Shown here one piece after another: positions 1-8,932 of a stretch of DNA of 64,000 nt. The position numbers were made by a program, and so were the translations under genes. The notes beneath the pieces were generated by a model. The model saw only the letters and a list, made by a program, of their open reading frames with translations. It did not search any database and had not been told where the DNA came from. Within the stretch, counting starts at the first letter, position 1. Each line of letters starts with the position of its first letter. The stretch covers positions 96,001-160,000 of IMG/VR virus record IMGVR_UViG_3300032285_003957; one strand, written 5' to 3'. Origin of the DNA: a virus. Its lineage: Duplodnaviria > Caudoviricetes.

Positions 1-51
1 GACAAAATGAAAAAATTAATGGGGAAACTTGATAATTTTTTAGGTAAATAA
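1..51 (+). CDS. 3' end of upstream gene (DKMKKLMGKLDNFLGK*), possibly prohead protease
   Basis: Open frame 1-51 ending TAA, directly before the scaffold gene. Protease identity is inferred only from the T4-like gp21-gp22-gp23 gene order. Confidence 0.35.
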   Translation, partial: DKMKKLMGKLDNFLGK

Positions 52-135
52 GCAATTTTTTAGGTATAACAATATCAAAAACAAGTTTTTTATTAATAAC
101 ACACTATTTATATAGTAATAAAACCAATTTAAATA

Positions 136-1398
136 ATGGCTGAAAAATCAATTTTAGAACAAGCTTTACTTCAAATCGAAACACTTGAAGAAGCAGTTAA
201 AGCAAATGCAAAAGGTATAATTTCTTCAACTATGAAGAAAGAACTAAGCGAATTGCTTAAAGAATCTAAAGAAGAAGAGGATGAAAACTGGGCATCACAA
301 GAAGAGGAAGCTAAGGCTTCTGAAGAAGATGATGACGAAAGTGCTATTCCTGACGAAGAGGAAGAAAATGATATGGCAAGCGACGACGAGGAATCAGATG
401 ACGATGAGTCAGATGAAGAAGGAGAAGCTGCTGATGACACAGACCTCGATAATGAACCAAAAGGTATCGACTCATTAGATGCTGATTCTGACATGGATGC
501 TGACGCTGATATGGATGATTACAATGCTGATGATGAAGATGATACTGATGTTGACGCGGACAACGACGTTATGGACATGACAGGTGCTTCAGATGATGAA
601 GTTATGAAAGTGTTCAAAGCTATGAAACCAGAAGATGGTATCGTAGTTAAAAAAGACGGAGGTCATCTTAGCGTTAATGACGGTGACAATGAGTATATCA
701 TTAAACTTGATGATGAATCTACACCATCTCATGAAGAAGAATCTGAGCCGTTTACGGATCATACTTCAGATGAGGAAGAAGAAGATGAATCAAATTTATA
801 TGAAATAACATTGGATGAAGAAGACACTGACCCTACTACACCTGATACTAATTTAGGTGAAGAAGAGGATGAAGACGAAGATGATGACGATGACCACAAA
901 GTTCAAGCTGATGAAGCTGCAAGAACTAAGTCTAATCCTCATGGTAACAAAAACGGTATGCATCGTGCAGGTTTACCAAGTAAGAAAAAATACAAAGCAG
1001 GTTCAACAATCAACGAAGAGGTTGAAACTTTGAAGAAACAAAATGGTGAATATAAAAAAGCCTTAGTTCTTTTCAAAGACAAACTTAACGAAGTTGCAAT
1101 CTTCAATGCAAACTTAGCTTACTTCACTCGTTTGGTGACTGAGCATTCAACAACAAAACAAGAGAAATTGAACATATTAAAGAGATTTGATTCAGTTTCT
1201 ACTATGAATGAGTCTAAAAACTTATTCAAAACTATTGAAGCAGAATTAGGTTCTAAAAAACCAGTAACCGAGTCTGTTGTAAATAAAATCTCTGCAACTC
1301 CAACAACATCTTCTTCTCAAGAGACATTGACTGAGTCAAAAGCTTACGAAAATCCTCAATTCAAGAGAATGAAAGATTTGATGAGTAAAATAAAATAA
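136..1398 (+). CDS. Prohead core/scaffolding protein (T4 gp22-like)
   Basis: Directly upstream of the MCP; very D/E-rich middle region, coiled-coil-like ends. Confidence 0.75.
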   Translation: MAEKSILEQALLQIETLEEAVKANAKGIISSTMKKELSELLKESKEEEDENWASQEEEAKASEEDDDESAIPDEEEENDMASDDEESDDDESDEEGEAADDTDLDNEPKGIDSLDADSDMDADADMDDYNADDEDDTDVDADNDVMDMTGASDDEVMKVFKAMKPEDGIVVKKDGGHLSVNDGDNEYIIKLDDESTPSHEEESEPFTDHTSDEEEEDESNLYEITLDEEDTDPTTPDTNLGEEEDEDEDDDDDHKVQADEAARTKSNPHGNKNGMHRAGLPSKKKYKAGSTINEEVETLKKQNGEYKKALVLFKDKLNEVAIFNANLAYFTRLVTEHSTTKQEKLNILKRFDSVSTMNESKNLFKTIEAELGSKKPVTESVVNKISATPTTSSSQETLTESKAYENPQFKRMKDLMSKIK

Positions 1399-1430
1399 AA
1401 TAAAAATTAAAAAAAACAAAAACATACAAA

Positions 1431-3191
1431 ATGGGAGCATTATTAGAATCAGGTATGGTTGGTAACATCGGTCTTAAGCACTTACGTGTTATCAAAGAAG
1501 ATACCATCAAAAAATGGGATGACTTAGGATTTTTAGAAGGTCTTGAAGGTCACCAAAAAGATAACATCGCGCAATTATATGAAAACCAAGCGTCTTATTT
1601 AATCAACGAAGCTGCAACTGCAGATGCGTCTGGTTCTTTCGAGACTGTGGTATTCCCTATCATTCGTCGTGTATTCTCTAAATTATTAGCTAACGACTTA
1701 GTGTCTGTTCAAGCTATGAACTTACCAATTGGTAAATTATTCTACTTCATTCCTAAAATTCAGGAAAGAAATAGTGGAGACCATTACGGTCCTTACATGG
1801 GTGAAAACTCTAACTTTAGTGGAACAAACACATCTAAAGGTGCAGGATATCCTGATACAGCTAAAAGCCTTTACGATCGTTTCTATGAAAATAGTGATGA
1901 TGTAAACCAAGGTCTTTTTGATTACTCAAAAGGAGCTTTCACGCTTAACACTGCAACTGTTGCTGATATCGTTTCATTTGCTACTGGTACTGAAGCAAGT
2001 ATCAACCCAATCGCTACTGGTGTAACAGTAAATTCTGTAATATTGAAAGTTACTGGTTTCACAAGTGATGGTGCTGGTAAAATCGCAGGTCCAGACGGTA
2101 ACTTAATGGATACTGAAGAATTTTTAGCTTCTTTAACAGTTGCTTGTTCTCAAATTACAAATAGTAACACTGGTTACACTACAAACTTACCATTCAACAT
2201 TGTAACTCAAAAATATGGTAAAGGTATTGTAGAATACGGTAGCAAGCATACAGGTGCTTACACAACTGGTAAGTATTATGATATTTGTGATCAAACAGGA
2301 GTAATTTATCTTTCTGTAGATACACAATATTACGATGCAACTGGTTTCCACGGTTATTCAGTAGCAGGTTCAACTTTAGCGGTTGGTGATTTCACAGTAA
2401 CTTTCAGAAGTTATGACACATTAGAGTTTGAAGAAAACATCGGTGAAGTTTCTTTCGATTTACAATCAGTAACAGTTTCTGTAACTGAAAGAAAATTAAG
2501 AGCAAGCTGGTCTCCTGAATTAGCTCAAGACGTTAGTGCATTCCACAACATCGATGCTGAAGCTGAATTAACAGCTTTATTATCTGAGCAAATCGCAGCA
2601 GAAGTTGACCGTGAAATCTTACGTGACTTACGTAAAGGTGCAGCATGGACAGCTAAATGGGATTACAATGGATGGAAATACGGTGGAAACGGTAACTCAA
2701 CTTTACAAGGTTACACTCAAAAAGATTGGAACCAAACTTTGATTACTAAAATCAACCAAATTTCTGCTCAAATCCACAAAACAACATTAAGAGGTGGTGC
2801 TAACTGGATTGTTGTTTCTTCAGAAGTTTCTGCAGTATTCGACGATTTAGAATATTTCCACGTTTCTAATGCAGAGCCAGAGCAAGATCAATACAACATG
2901 GGTATCGAGAAAATCGGTTCAGTAGCAGGTCGCTACCAAGTTTACCGTGACCCTTACTTCCCAGCAGGTAAAATTTTGATTGGACATAAAGGAAAGTCAT
3001 TATTAGACGCAGGTTATATCTACGCTCCATATGTGCCTTTACAATTAACTCCAACAATGTATAACCCATTCAACTTTACTCCAGTAAAGGGAATCATGAC
3101 TCGTTACGCAAAGAAAATGGTGAACAACCGTTATTTCGGTGTAATCAACGTGAGTGGTTTACAAACTTTCGATATGAACACTTTAAGATAA
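1431..3191 (+). CDS. Major capsid protein (T4 gp23-like)
   Basis: gp23-family motifs VSVQAMNLPIGKLFY, RKLRASWSPELAQD, DAEAELTALLSEQIAAEVDREI, YAPYVPL, GIMTRY. Confidence 0.97.
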   Translation: MGALLESGMVGNIGLKHLRVIKEDTIKKWDDLGFLEGLEGHQKDNIAQLYENQASYLINEAATADASGSFETVVFPIIRRVFSKLLANDLVSVQAMNLPIGKLFYFIPKIQERNSGDHYGPYMGENSNFSGTNTSKGAGYPDTAKSLYDRFYENSDDVNQGLFDYSKGAFTLNTATVADIVSFATGTEASINPIATGVTVNSVILKVTGFTSDGAGKIAGPDGNLMDTEEFLASLTVACSQITNSNTGYTTNLPFNIVTQKYGKGIVEYGSKHTGAYTTGKYYDICDQTGVIYLSVDTQYYDATGFHGYSVAGSTLAVGDFTVTFRSYDTLEFEENIGEVSFDLQSVTVSVTERKLRASWSPELAQDVSAFHNIDAEAELTALLSEQIAAEVDREILRDLRKGAAWTAKWDYNGWKYGGNGNSTLQGYTQKDWNQTLITKINQISAQIHKTTLRGGANWIVVSSEVSAVFDDLEYFHVSNAEPEQDQYNMGIEKIGSVAGRYQVYRDPYFPAGKILIGHKGKSLLDAGYIYAPYVPLQLTPTMYNPFNFTPVKGIMTRYAKKMVNNRYFGVINVSGLQTFDMNTLR

Positions 3192-3207
3192 TCTTAATTG
3201 TCTATAG

Positions 3208-3240
3208 TAAAAAGCCCTCGAGAAATCGGGGGTTTTTTAT
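3208..3240 (+). terminator. Rho-independent terminator after MCP
   Basis: GCCCTCGA-GAAA-TCGGGGGT hairpin followed by a T tract. Confidence 0.85.
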
Positions 3241-3272
3241 TTTGGTTAATTGGGAATTCTTATGTATATTTG
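3241..3272 (+). promoter_or_regulatory. Bacteroidota-type housekeeping sigma promoter (-33 TTTG, -7 TATATTTG)
   Basis: TTTG 3241-3244, 20-nt spacer, TATATTTG 3265-3272; matches the TTTG-N19-21-TAnnTTTG consensus. Confidence 0.75.
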
Positions 3273-3276
3273 CACC

Positions 3277-3615
3277 ATGACCAAAAAGAACCTTAATAAT
3301 ATCATTAATTCGGGTCCAATTGACTACGAAAAATTGCGCTTAGATGTTTTGTCTCGTTTAATTGACGAAAGGGGTATTTCTTGTAAAAACAAAAAGGATG
3401 AGATGATAAAATATCTCAAAATGGATGATGAGGGGAAATATATTCGTGAAACCACTTATGAGAAGTGGGAAGGTCGTTTATTAGTGGGTATAGACCTTAA
3501 AAATACAGCTCATTTATTACAAATGGGTAAGTTAGTGGAAAAGAGAGAAGCGTCCTCTAAAGGCTTATATGCATCAGATAGAGTATACTTTATATCTAAT
3601 CAAAAACTAATATAG
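3277..3615 (+). CDS. Small protein with HeH/SAP-like helix-extension-helix motif (probable start ATG 3277)
   Basis: DYEKLRLDVLSRLIDERGISCKNKKDEMIKYL fits a SAP/HeH/Rho-N pattern. The promoter lies inside the longer 3250 ORF, which favours ATG 3277. Confidence 0.55.
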   Translation: MTKKNLNNIINSGPIDYEKLRLDVLSRLIDERGISCKNKKDEMIKYLKMDDEGKYIRETTYEKWEGRLLVGIDLKNTAHLLQMGKLVEKREASSKGLYASDRVYFISNQKLI

Positions 3616-3616
3616 A

Positions 3617-4366
3617 TTACCAAGTTCTACAAGCCCAATAACGAGGTTTCCAACGTGGACCTGGATTGTCACAGTTCATACGTGCTCTAAAGGATTTTCT
3701 TCTCTTAGGGTTATTTTTCTTGATAACCATTCTTTTACCGTGAGCAGATTTACCGCCAAAACCAAAGTTTACTTTAACGACTTTACCTTTATCGTTTTTA
3801 ACATATACTTTAAATTTCTTGATGTCACCTTGCATGATTTTACCTAATTGAACCTTTTTACCGTGGTATTCAGCTTCATTTAAAAAATCATTGGCTTCAA
3901 AATTTGTATTTTGAACTGAACCAGTTTCATCTTCATAAATCAACACAGGTGTTTGTTCGTTATATTCAAAAAGTCTTTCGAATTGTTCTTCGCTTATTTG
4001 TATAATTGTTCTTTTTTCCATACTTTCATTATAATGTGTCATCGTTGGTTTATTACCCTTACCAATTTTAGGGTGTTTTTTTTCAGCCCTTCTTTTTTGG
4101 TTGGTCATTGCTTTTTTTTCTTTTTTATCGTAAGAGGATGCGATTTTTGGAGTTTCTTTGGACACTTTCTTTGAAGGTCTACATTTTGGATATGATTTAC
4201 CGTCAGCGTCTTTCCTACCACATGGTGGGTTTTTACCGTTAACTTTTTTGCTAACGTCTACCCATTTTTCTTTAAACCACCTTCTAAGGTCTTCTTTTAA
4301 AACCTCACCTGACTCTATGGACTCTTCAATATATTTTAAATCTTCTTTTGAAACTATAATATTCAT
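3617..4366 (-). CDS. Modular basic protein, putative internal head protein
   Basis: Two Lys/Arg/Trp/Cys-rich modules (RRWFKEKWVD...PPCGR...YPKCRP and RRKSFRARMNC...RYWAC), each preceded by an LxE site; TATTTAT upstream. Confidence 0.6.
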   Translation of the reverse strand: MNIIVSKEDLKYIEESIESGEVLKEDLRRWFKEKWVDVSKKVNGKNPPCGRKDADGKSYPKCRPSKKVSKETPKIASSYDKKEKKAMTNQKRRAEKKHPKIGKGNKPTMTHYNESMEKRTIIQISEEQFERLFEYNEQTPVLIYEDETGSVQNTNFEANDFLNEAEYHGKKVQLGKIMQGDIKKFKVYVKNDKGKVVKVNFGFGGKSAHGKRMVIKKNNPKRRKSFRARMNCDNPGPRWKPRYWACRTW

Positions 4367-4379
4367 TTAAATAAATATT

Positions 4380-5147
4380 TTATAAACCCATATTATCTAT
4401 GAATTTTTTATGTGATTTTTTATACGATGATTCTTTTTCGTCATTTACGTCTTTAGTGTATTGCCAATTCCAATATAGATTTTTATTAGGTTTAAAACCA
4501 TAAAATTCATGGACTTTCATTTGAACTTTAGTAACTTCTTCTCCATTCCAATTTTGTCCTACACAAATGAAACCCGTTTCAATATTTTTTATGATATTAT
4601 CTTCACCTAAAGTGGTATGTCTGTTTTCAATCCAAGTAAGCCTTTCAATAAGATTTTGGTAATACATATTTGTTTGTCCCCACCTTATTGAACTGAAAAA
4701 TAAAACGGCGTCGCTTTCAAATAATTCTTTAGAAATCTTCCATAATTCATCCGTTTTATTGTTGAAACTGGCCCAACATCTGTGATAACCCGACGGATTT
4801 TTTTTATCATTGTCAAGTAATGCTTTTTTTACCCCACAACCATTACCATCTTTTCTTGATACATTACCCTCACAAGGAAATATTTTTAATTCGGAAACAT
4901 CAATCAAAACAGCTTTATCACCAAGTTCTTCTTTTAAATAAGTTGCAATGATTTTTGATTTTGGAATATCTTCATTTTTTTCATCCCAATTAAACCTGTT
5001 TGAACAGCTTAACAATAAAACCTTTTTATTGTTTTTCAATATGTCCAATGTAGCTTTTAGTTTTTTAGCGCCATTTTCTTGGACTAATTCTTCTAAAAGC
5101 ATCATTTTCCTAATTTTAGATACTTCTTCTTGTAGTATGTTGGACAT
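4380..5147 (-). CDS. Flavodoxin-fold NAD(P)H-dependent FMN reductase / iron-sulfur flavoprotein-like protein (start at MSNIL, 5147)
   Basis: VLLLSCSNR, PKS..IA, IFPCEG, SDAVLFFSSIRWG...LIERL and GFICVGQNWNGE match the FMN_red/Isf fold. The start was moved because the 5234 start overlaps the upstream gene. Confidence 0.7.
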   Translation of the reverse strand: MSNILQEEVSKIRKMMLLEELVQENGAKKLKATLDILKNNKKVLLLSCSNRFNWDEKNEDIPKSKIIATYLKEELGDKAVLIDVSELKIFPCEGNVSRKDGNGCGVKKALLDNDKKNPSGYHRCWASFNNKTDELWKISKELFESDAVLFFSSIRWGQTNMYYQNLIERLTWIENRHTTLGEDNIIKNIETGFICVGQNWNGEEVTKVQMKVHEFYGFKPNKNLYWNWQYTKDVNDEKESSYKKSHKKFIDNMGL

Positions 5148-5148
5148 A

Positions 5149-5796
5149 TTATTTACATTTTCTCCATCCACCGCCTTTTGCTTTGTAATTTTTTGCAGCC
5201 CAACCATTTGCGTAAGCGCTTGGGTATACATCAAATTTAGCTTTAGCAGCCGCTTTAGATGCAGCCCATTTTGCAGGGTCAGTAGGACAATTTTTACTTT
5301 CGTCTATTTCACCATGTGATTTATTTTTAGGTTTTTTACCTTTTTCTTTCATATGAATAGCGATAGCAGCTTGTTGTGCGGGATTTTTTGCTTCATTTGT
5401 TGGGACACAATTTGGAACCATTTTCCCGTTCTTTTTTTTACCGCCAACTTGTTTGTAACCATCCCAACATTTCTCATCAAGTTGTCCGTTTTCATTTAAA
5501 CTAAATTGATTCACATCTGCGGAAACAGATTGTTGATTATCGCTTCCTTTAGTTTCATTCATTAAAAAATCAAAAACTTGGTCGATATTTTCTTTAGCAC
5601 TTGAGATATGGTCGTCAGCCCAATCATGGCCATTTTCCAATATTTCATTAACCATGTTTTGGTCAAGTTTTAATAATAATTCACATTGTCTTTTTATTTG
5701 TTCTAAATTGCTAAAGAACATATAATTACCACCGTGTGATTCGTTTTCTTTAATAACATCTCTTAGATGTTTTTTGATTAATTCGTTTAAATTCAT
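5149..5796 (-). CDS. Modular protein with DUF5872-like C-terminus, putative internal head protein
   Basis: Modules KCWDGY...MVPNCVP, AKNPAQQAAIAI and KAKFDVYPSAYANGW...KGGGW, each following an xxE site. Confidence 0.6.
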   Translation of the reverse strand: MNLNELIKKHLRDVIKENESHGGNYMFFSNLEQIKRQCELLLKLDQNMVNEILENGHDWADDHISSAKENIDQVFDFLMNETKGSDNQQSVSADVNQFSLNENGQLDEKCWDGYKQVGGKKKNGKMVPNCVPTNEAKNPAQQAAIAIHMKEKGKKPKNKSHGEIDESKNCPTDPAKWAASKAAAKAKFDVYPSAYANGWAAKNYKAKGGGWRKCK

Positions 5797-5807
5797 GTAT
5801 ATAAATA

Positions 5808-7178
5808 TTATTTTTCTGAGACAATCTCAAATTTTATTAGTTCATTATGAAATATTTCTTCATCGTGTATTTTAGTTTTACACTCCAAATGATATTCTCT
5901 TGGGATATATATTTCAGTGTCAAAATAGAAGAAATTTTCGTTAGTTGAATCGACCATAGTCCAATCATGAACCATAACTTGGGTTCTACCTTCATAAATG
6001 AATATTCTATAATACGTTTCGCCAATAACCTGTGCTATAGGGTTCTCAATAGATTTTGTTGCGATTGTGATTTTTCTTTTTTCACCCTTTTTAATTTTCT
6101 CATTTAATTGAATACCATAGAATTGAATTACATAACGATTAGTGTCTCTTGGGTTTTCACCGACACTAAATAAAGAGGTATATGGTTTAGGTATGAATTT
6201 TTGACAAACGTCATTAATTGCAATTCCGTCTAAAACTAAGTTTTTCCAACAATCATAATAAAATCTCTTACCGTCACAAACAACACCATCAATACCAAAA
6301 TTCACCTTATATACACCTTTTCTAACTTTAACGGTTTCCAAGTCGTTTAGACCACTTATAACGTTACCTGAAGCGTCTTTAATATCGACCATAGGTAATT
6401 CATCTAAATCAAAAAAGTTTGTTCCTTTTGTAATGAAAAGATACAAATTTTGCATTTGTTTTTCGATAAAATTGTAACGATTATCGATAACCGTATCCTC
6501 AAAATAAGACTCAACAAATGGTTCAAAAAATGTTTGAGTATATTTGGTAAAGAATGCCACAGATTGGTCATTAGCAGGGTTTAAATCTTGGTAAATTACA
6601 GAAAAAGCAATACCTAATCCGTTATTAACATCACCCGATAATAATCCGTTAATATAGTCAGTTATATCAGCTTCTAAATTTTCATCACCATTATCAAAAT
6701 TCACTGTAGCTACTATGTCAGGGGAATCATTATAAACTCCTTCAATAGCCCATGTGTGTTCAGTATCTCGATAAAACCAGTTAGAAGGTCTAACGTCAAA
6801 TGTTAAATTACCCTTAGAGAAATCATATCCCCCATCCTCATAATCAAAACCAACACCTTCATTCCAAAATTCTGGAATTCTGAATATTATTAAATTAAAT
6901 GATGTTGCTCTATCTCTTCCCGTGCTTCTACCTTGACCCTTAAATCCTTCATCACCAAAAATGGTATTAGTCATTTTTAGAGTGTGTTTAGTGTTAGAAT
7001 CTATCACCAAATCACCAGAATTAATTCTATTTTGTAAATTTATAAGGTCAACTTTAAATAAAAACTTGGAAAACCCCGAACCATAGAAAATCTCGGTTGT
7101 TGGGTTTTTAGCTGTATTAGCTGAAGATTTCTTAATTATCGTATTGTTCTTCTCAAAATATGAACGGAAATATGACAT
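5808..7178 (-). CDS. Putative structural protein with DNRLRE/CBM96-like beta domain
   Basis: FNLIIFRIPEFWNEG...SNW...TW...DITDYING...NNGLGI...P pattern; TATTTAT upstream. Confidence 0.45.
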   Translation of the reverse strand: MSYFRSYFEKNNTIIKKSSANTAKNPTTEIFYGSGFSKFLFKVDLINLQNRINSGDLVIDSNTKHTLKMTNTIFGDEGFKGQGRSTGRDRATSFNLIIFRIPEFWNEGVGFDYEDGGYDFSKGNLTFDVRPSNWFYRDTEHTWAIEGVYNDSPDIVATVNFDNGDENLEADITDYINGLLSGDVNNGLGIAFSVIYQDLNPANDQSVAFFTKYTQTFFEPFVESYFEDTVIDNRYNFIEKQMQNLYLFITKGTNFFDLDELPMVDIKDASGNVISGLNDLETVKVRKGVYKVNFGIDGVVCDGKRFYYDCWKNLVLDGIAINDVCQKFIPKPYTSLFSVGENPRDTNRYVIQFYGIQLNEKIKKGEKRKITIATKSIENPIAQVIGETYYRIFIYEGRTQVMVHDWTMVDSTNENFFYFDTEIYIPREYHLECKTKIHDEEIFHNELIKFEIVSEK

Positions 7179-7201
7179 GTCTTTTATTATATAAATATCA
7201 A

Positions 7202-8731
7202 TTAGTTGATTCTAATTGAATGGTTCAACATTTCCTCTTCCAAAGTCTCAAGTTTACGTTTTAAAGTTTGAAAATTGTCATCAGATTGCTCAAGTGGTTC
7301 AAGAATATCGTGTTTGTGACTTGCAAATAAACTAAACATCATTTGTAAAACCTCTAAAAGAGTTTCACCTCTAACAGAAGCAAAGGTATTTGGCCAAATT
7401 TTATTAACATATTCATCCTGAGTTAATTCGTATTTTTCTAATGCGTCAAAATTAATATCCGTTGCGCCCGCAGATTTTGTGGGCATGGTAGATAAAAAGA
7501 AAACTTGGTCAGACTTAATTGTAGCAAAAGTTTGCTCACCAGTTTCTTCGGTAACAATAGATTGTTGGACAATCTTTTTGTTTGGTTGCGGCGTTATTTT
7601 CGTTGGGCTATACACCAAACCATGTTCTTTAATATTGAAGACATTTATACCGTCCAAAAATTGTTTTTTACCCGTTATATTTGTGGCACTTTCTTGAAAA
7701 TTTTTAGTAGGTCTAAAAAAGAATGGATGTAAATTACCGGTTGTAGTAAAAAAGGTTGTTCCATAGGTGTTATCATTTACTAATCCATTTGTGTGAAATT
7801 TTTGTAGAAAGTCATTTGTTTTTCTATATAAATTGTCAACTGTGGCTCCTGTAAATGATAGTGTTGTATTTTCATCTTTAGCATCTACATAAGATGATGG
7901 GAATGGCGGTATGTTTTTAACCAACTCGTAATAACCATCTAAAAGAGGTGCGCTCGATAAATATGGATTTTCCAATCTATATTGTTTTTCAGGGTCAGGT
8001 TTTAATTTATAAAAGTAAAAATTAACTGTATCCAATGCATCTGAAATTTCATATTCAACGATGTATTTTAAATCACCTGTTGGGAAATCAGTTACTTCGA
8101 CAGGACCTGTTGACCATTTTTTAGTTGTTGGGAATTTTTTAAGATAGATGTTAGACGTTTTATTTGACATAATTGGTCTATCAACCATGGATTTTTTTTG
8201 AGCTCCATCAGCACTATTCTTAGCTAAGAATTTACCACCGCGAAGCATTAAACCATTATCGGTAAAAATTAAATCTGAACCATATTTTCCATAAACACCA
8301 TAATGATTATGTTTGGCAAATGAACCCTTAGATTTTTTATCCAAGTAATTACCCAATTTATCTACAACGTCCTGACTTCTTTTAACTGGTCCACCATAAC
8401 TCGTAAATTCTAATTGGCCTAAATGTGTCTGAGCGTTATAATCAGACATTGTTGTAAATGGACCTGCAACGTATTCCTGATTTGTAAAATCTTTATCGGT
8501 GTTATAATTAATAATTTTTACTGACTGTCCAACTTCAGGTATGAAGTTAACATTTGTCGGTAAAAAGGGTGACGCAACAAATAAATCCTTTTTCGTCCAT
8601 TTTTCGGCTTCGGTTATATTGAATGTTCCTTCAATCTCACCCGTTTGTGAACTATAACGATTAACACGTATTCTACCCATATGTTGTGGATCTTGGTTAT
8701 CCACGCACATTGCTATATCAATTATTTTCAT
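7202..8731 (-). CDS. Baseplate spike/hub protein (gp5/VgrG-like N-terminal OB fold)
   Basis: N-terminal VDNQDPQHMGRIRV and FIPEVGQSV; C-terminal VRGETL...SHKH, typical of spike proteins. Confidence 0.65.
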   Translation of the reverse strand: MKIIDIAMCVDNQDPQHMGRIRVNRYSSQTGEIEGTFNITEAEKWTKKDLFVASPFLPTNVNFIPEVGQSVKIINYNTDKDFTNQEYVAGPFTTMSDYNAQTHLGQLEFTSYGGPVKRSQDVVDKLGNYLDKKSKGSFAKHNHYGVYGKYGSDLIFTDNGLMLRGGKFLAKNSADGAQKKSMVDRPIMSNKTSNIYLKKFPTTKKWSTGPVEVTDFPTGDLKYIVEYEISDALDTVNFYFYKLKPDPEKQYRLENPYLSSAPLLDGYYELVKNIPPFPSSYVDAKDENTTLSFTGATVDNLYRKTNDFLQKFHTNGLVNDNTYGTTFFTTTGNLHPFFFRPTKNFQESATNITGKKQFLDGINVFNIKEHGLVYSPTKITPQPNKKIVQQSIVTEETGEQTFATIKSDQVFFLSTMPTKSAGATDINFDALEKYELTQDEYVNKIWPNTFASVRGETLLEVLQMMFSLFASHKHDILEPLEQSDDNFQTLKRKLETLEEEMLNHSIRIN

Positions 8732-8931
8732 TAGTCAGTTTTTCTTTTGTCAATTTCTTCAATCACTTTATTATATAAATTTTCAATAGCGTCTAAATGT
8801 TTAGTCAAATCCAAAATCAATTCTTTTGTTTTTTGGAATTCTTCAAATAATTCATTTTCAACAGCAAATAAATCTTTGTTAGATTTATTCTCCACATCTT
8901 GCGTAATCTCAATAATTTTTTCTTTAGTCAT
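8731..8931 (-). CDS. Small coiled-coil hypothetical protein
   Basis: 66 aa, translationally coupled to neighbours, heptad pattern. Confidence 0.6.
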   Translation of the reverse strand: MTKEKIIEITQDVENKSNKDLFAVENELFEEFQKTKELILDLTKHLDAIENLYNKVIEEIDKRKTD

Positions 8932-8932
8932 G

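Noticed and set aside
171-494. Ser-rich antisense ORF
   Set aside because: Shadow of the acidic scaffold codons.
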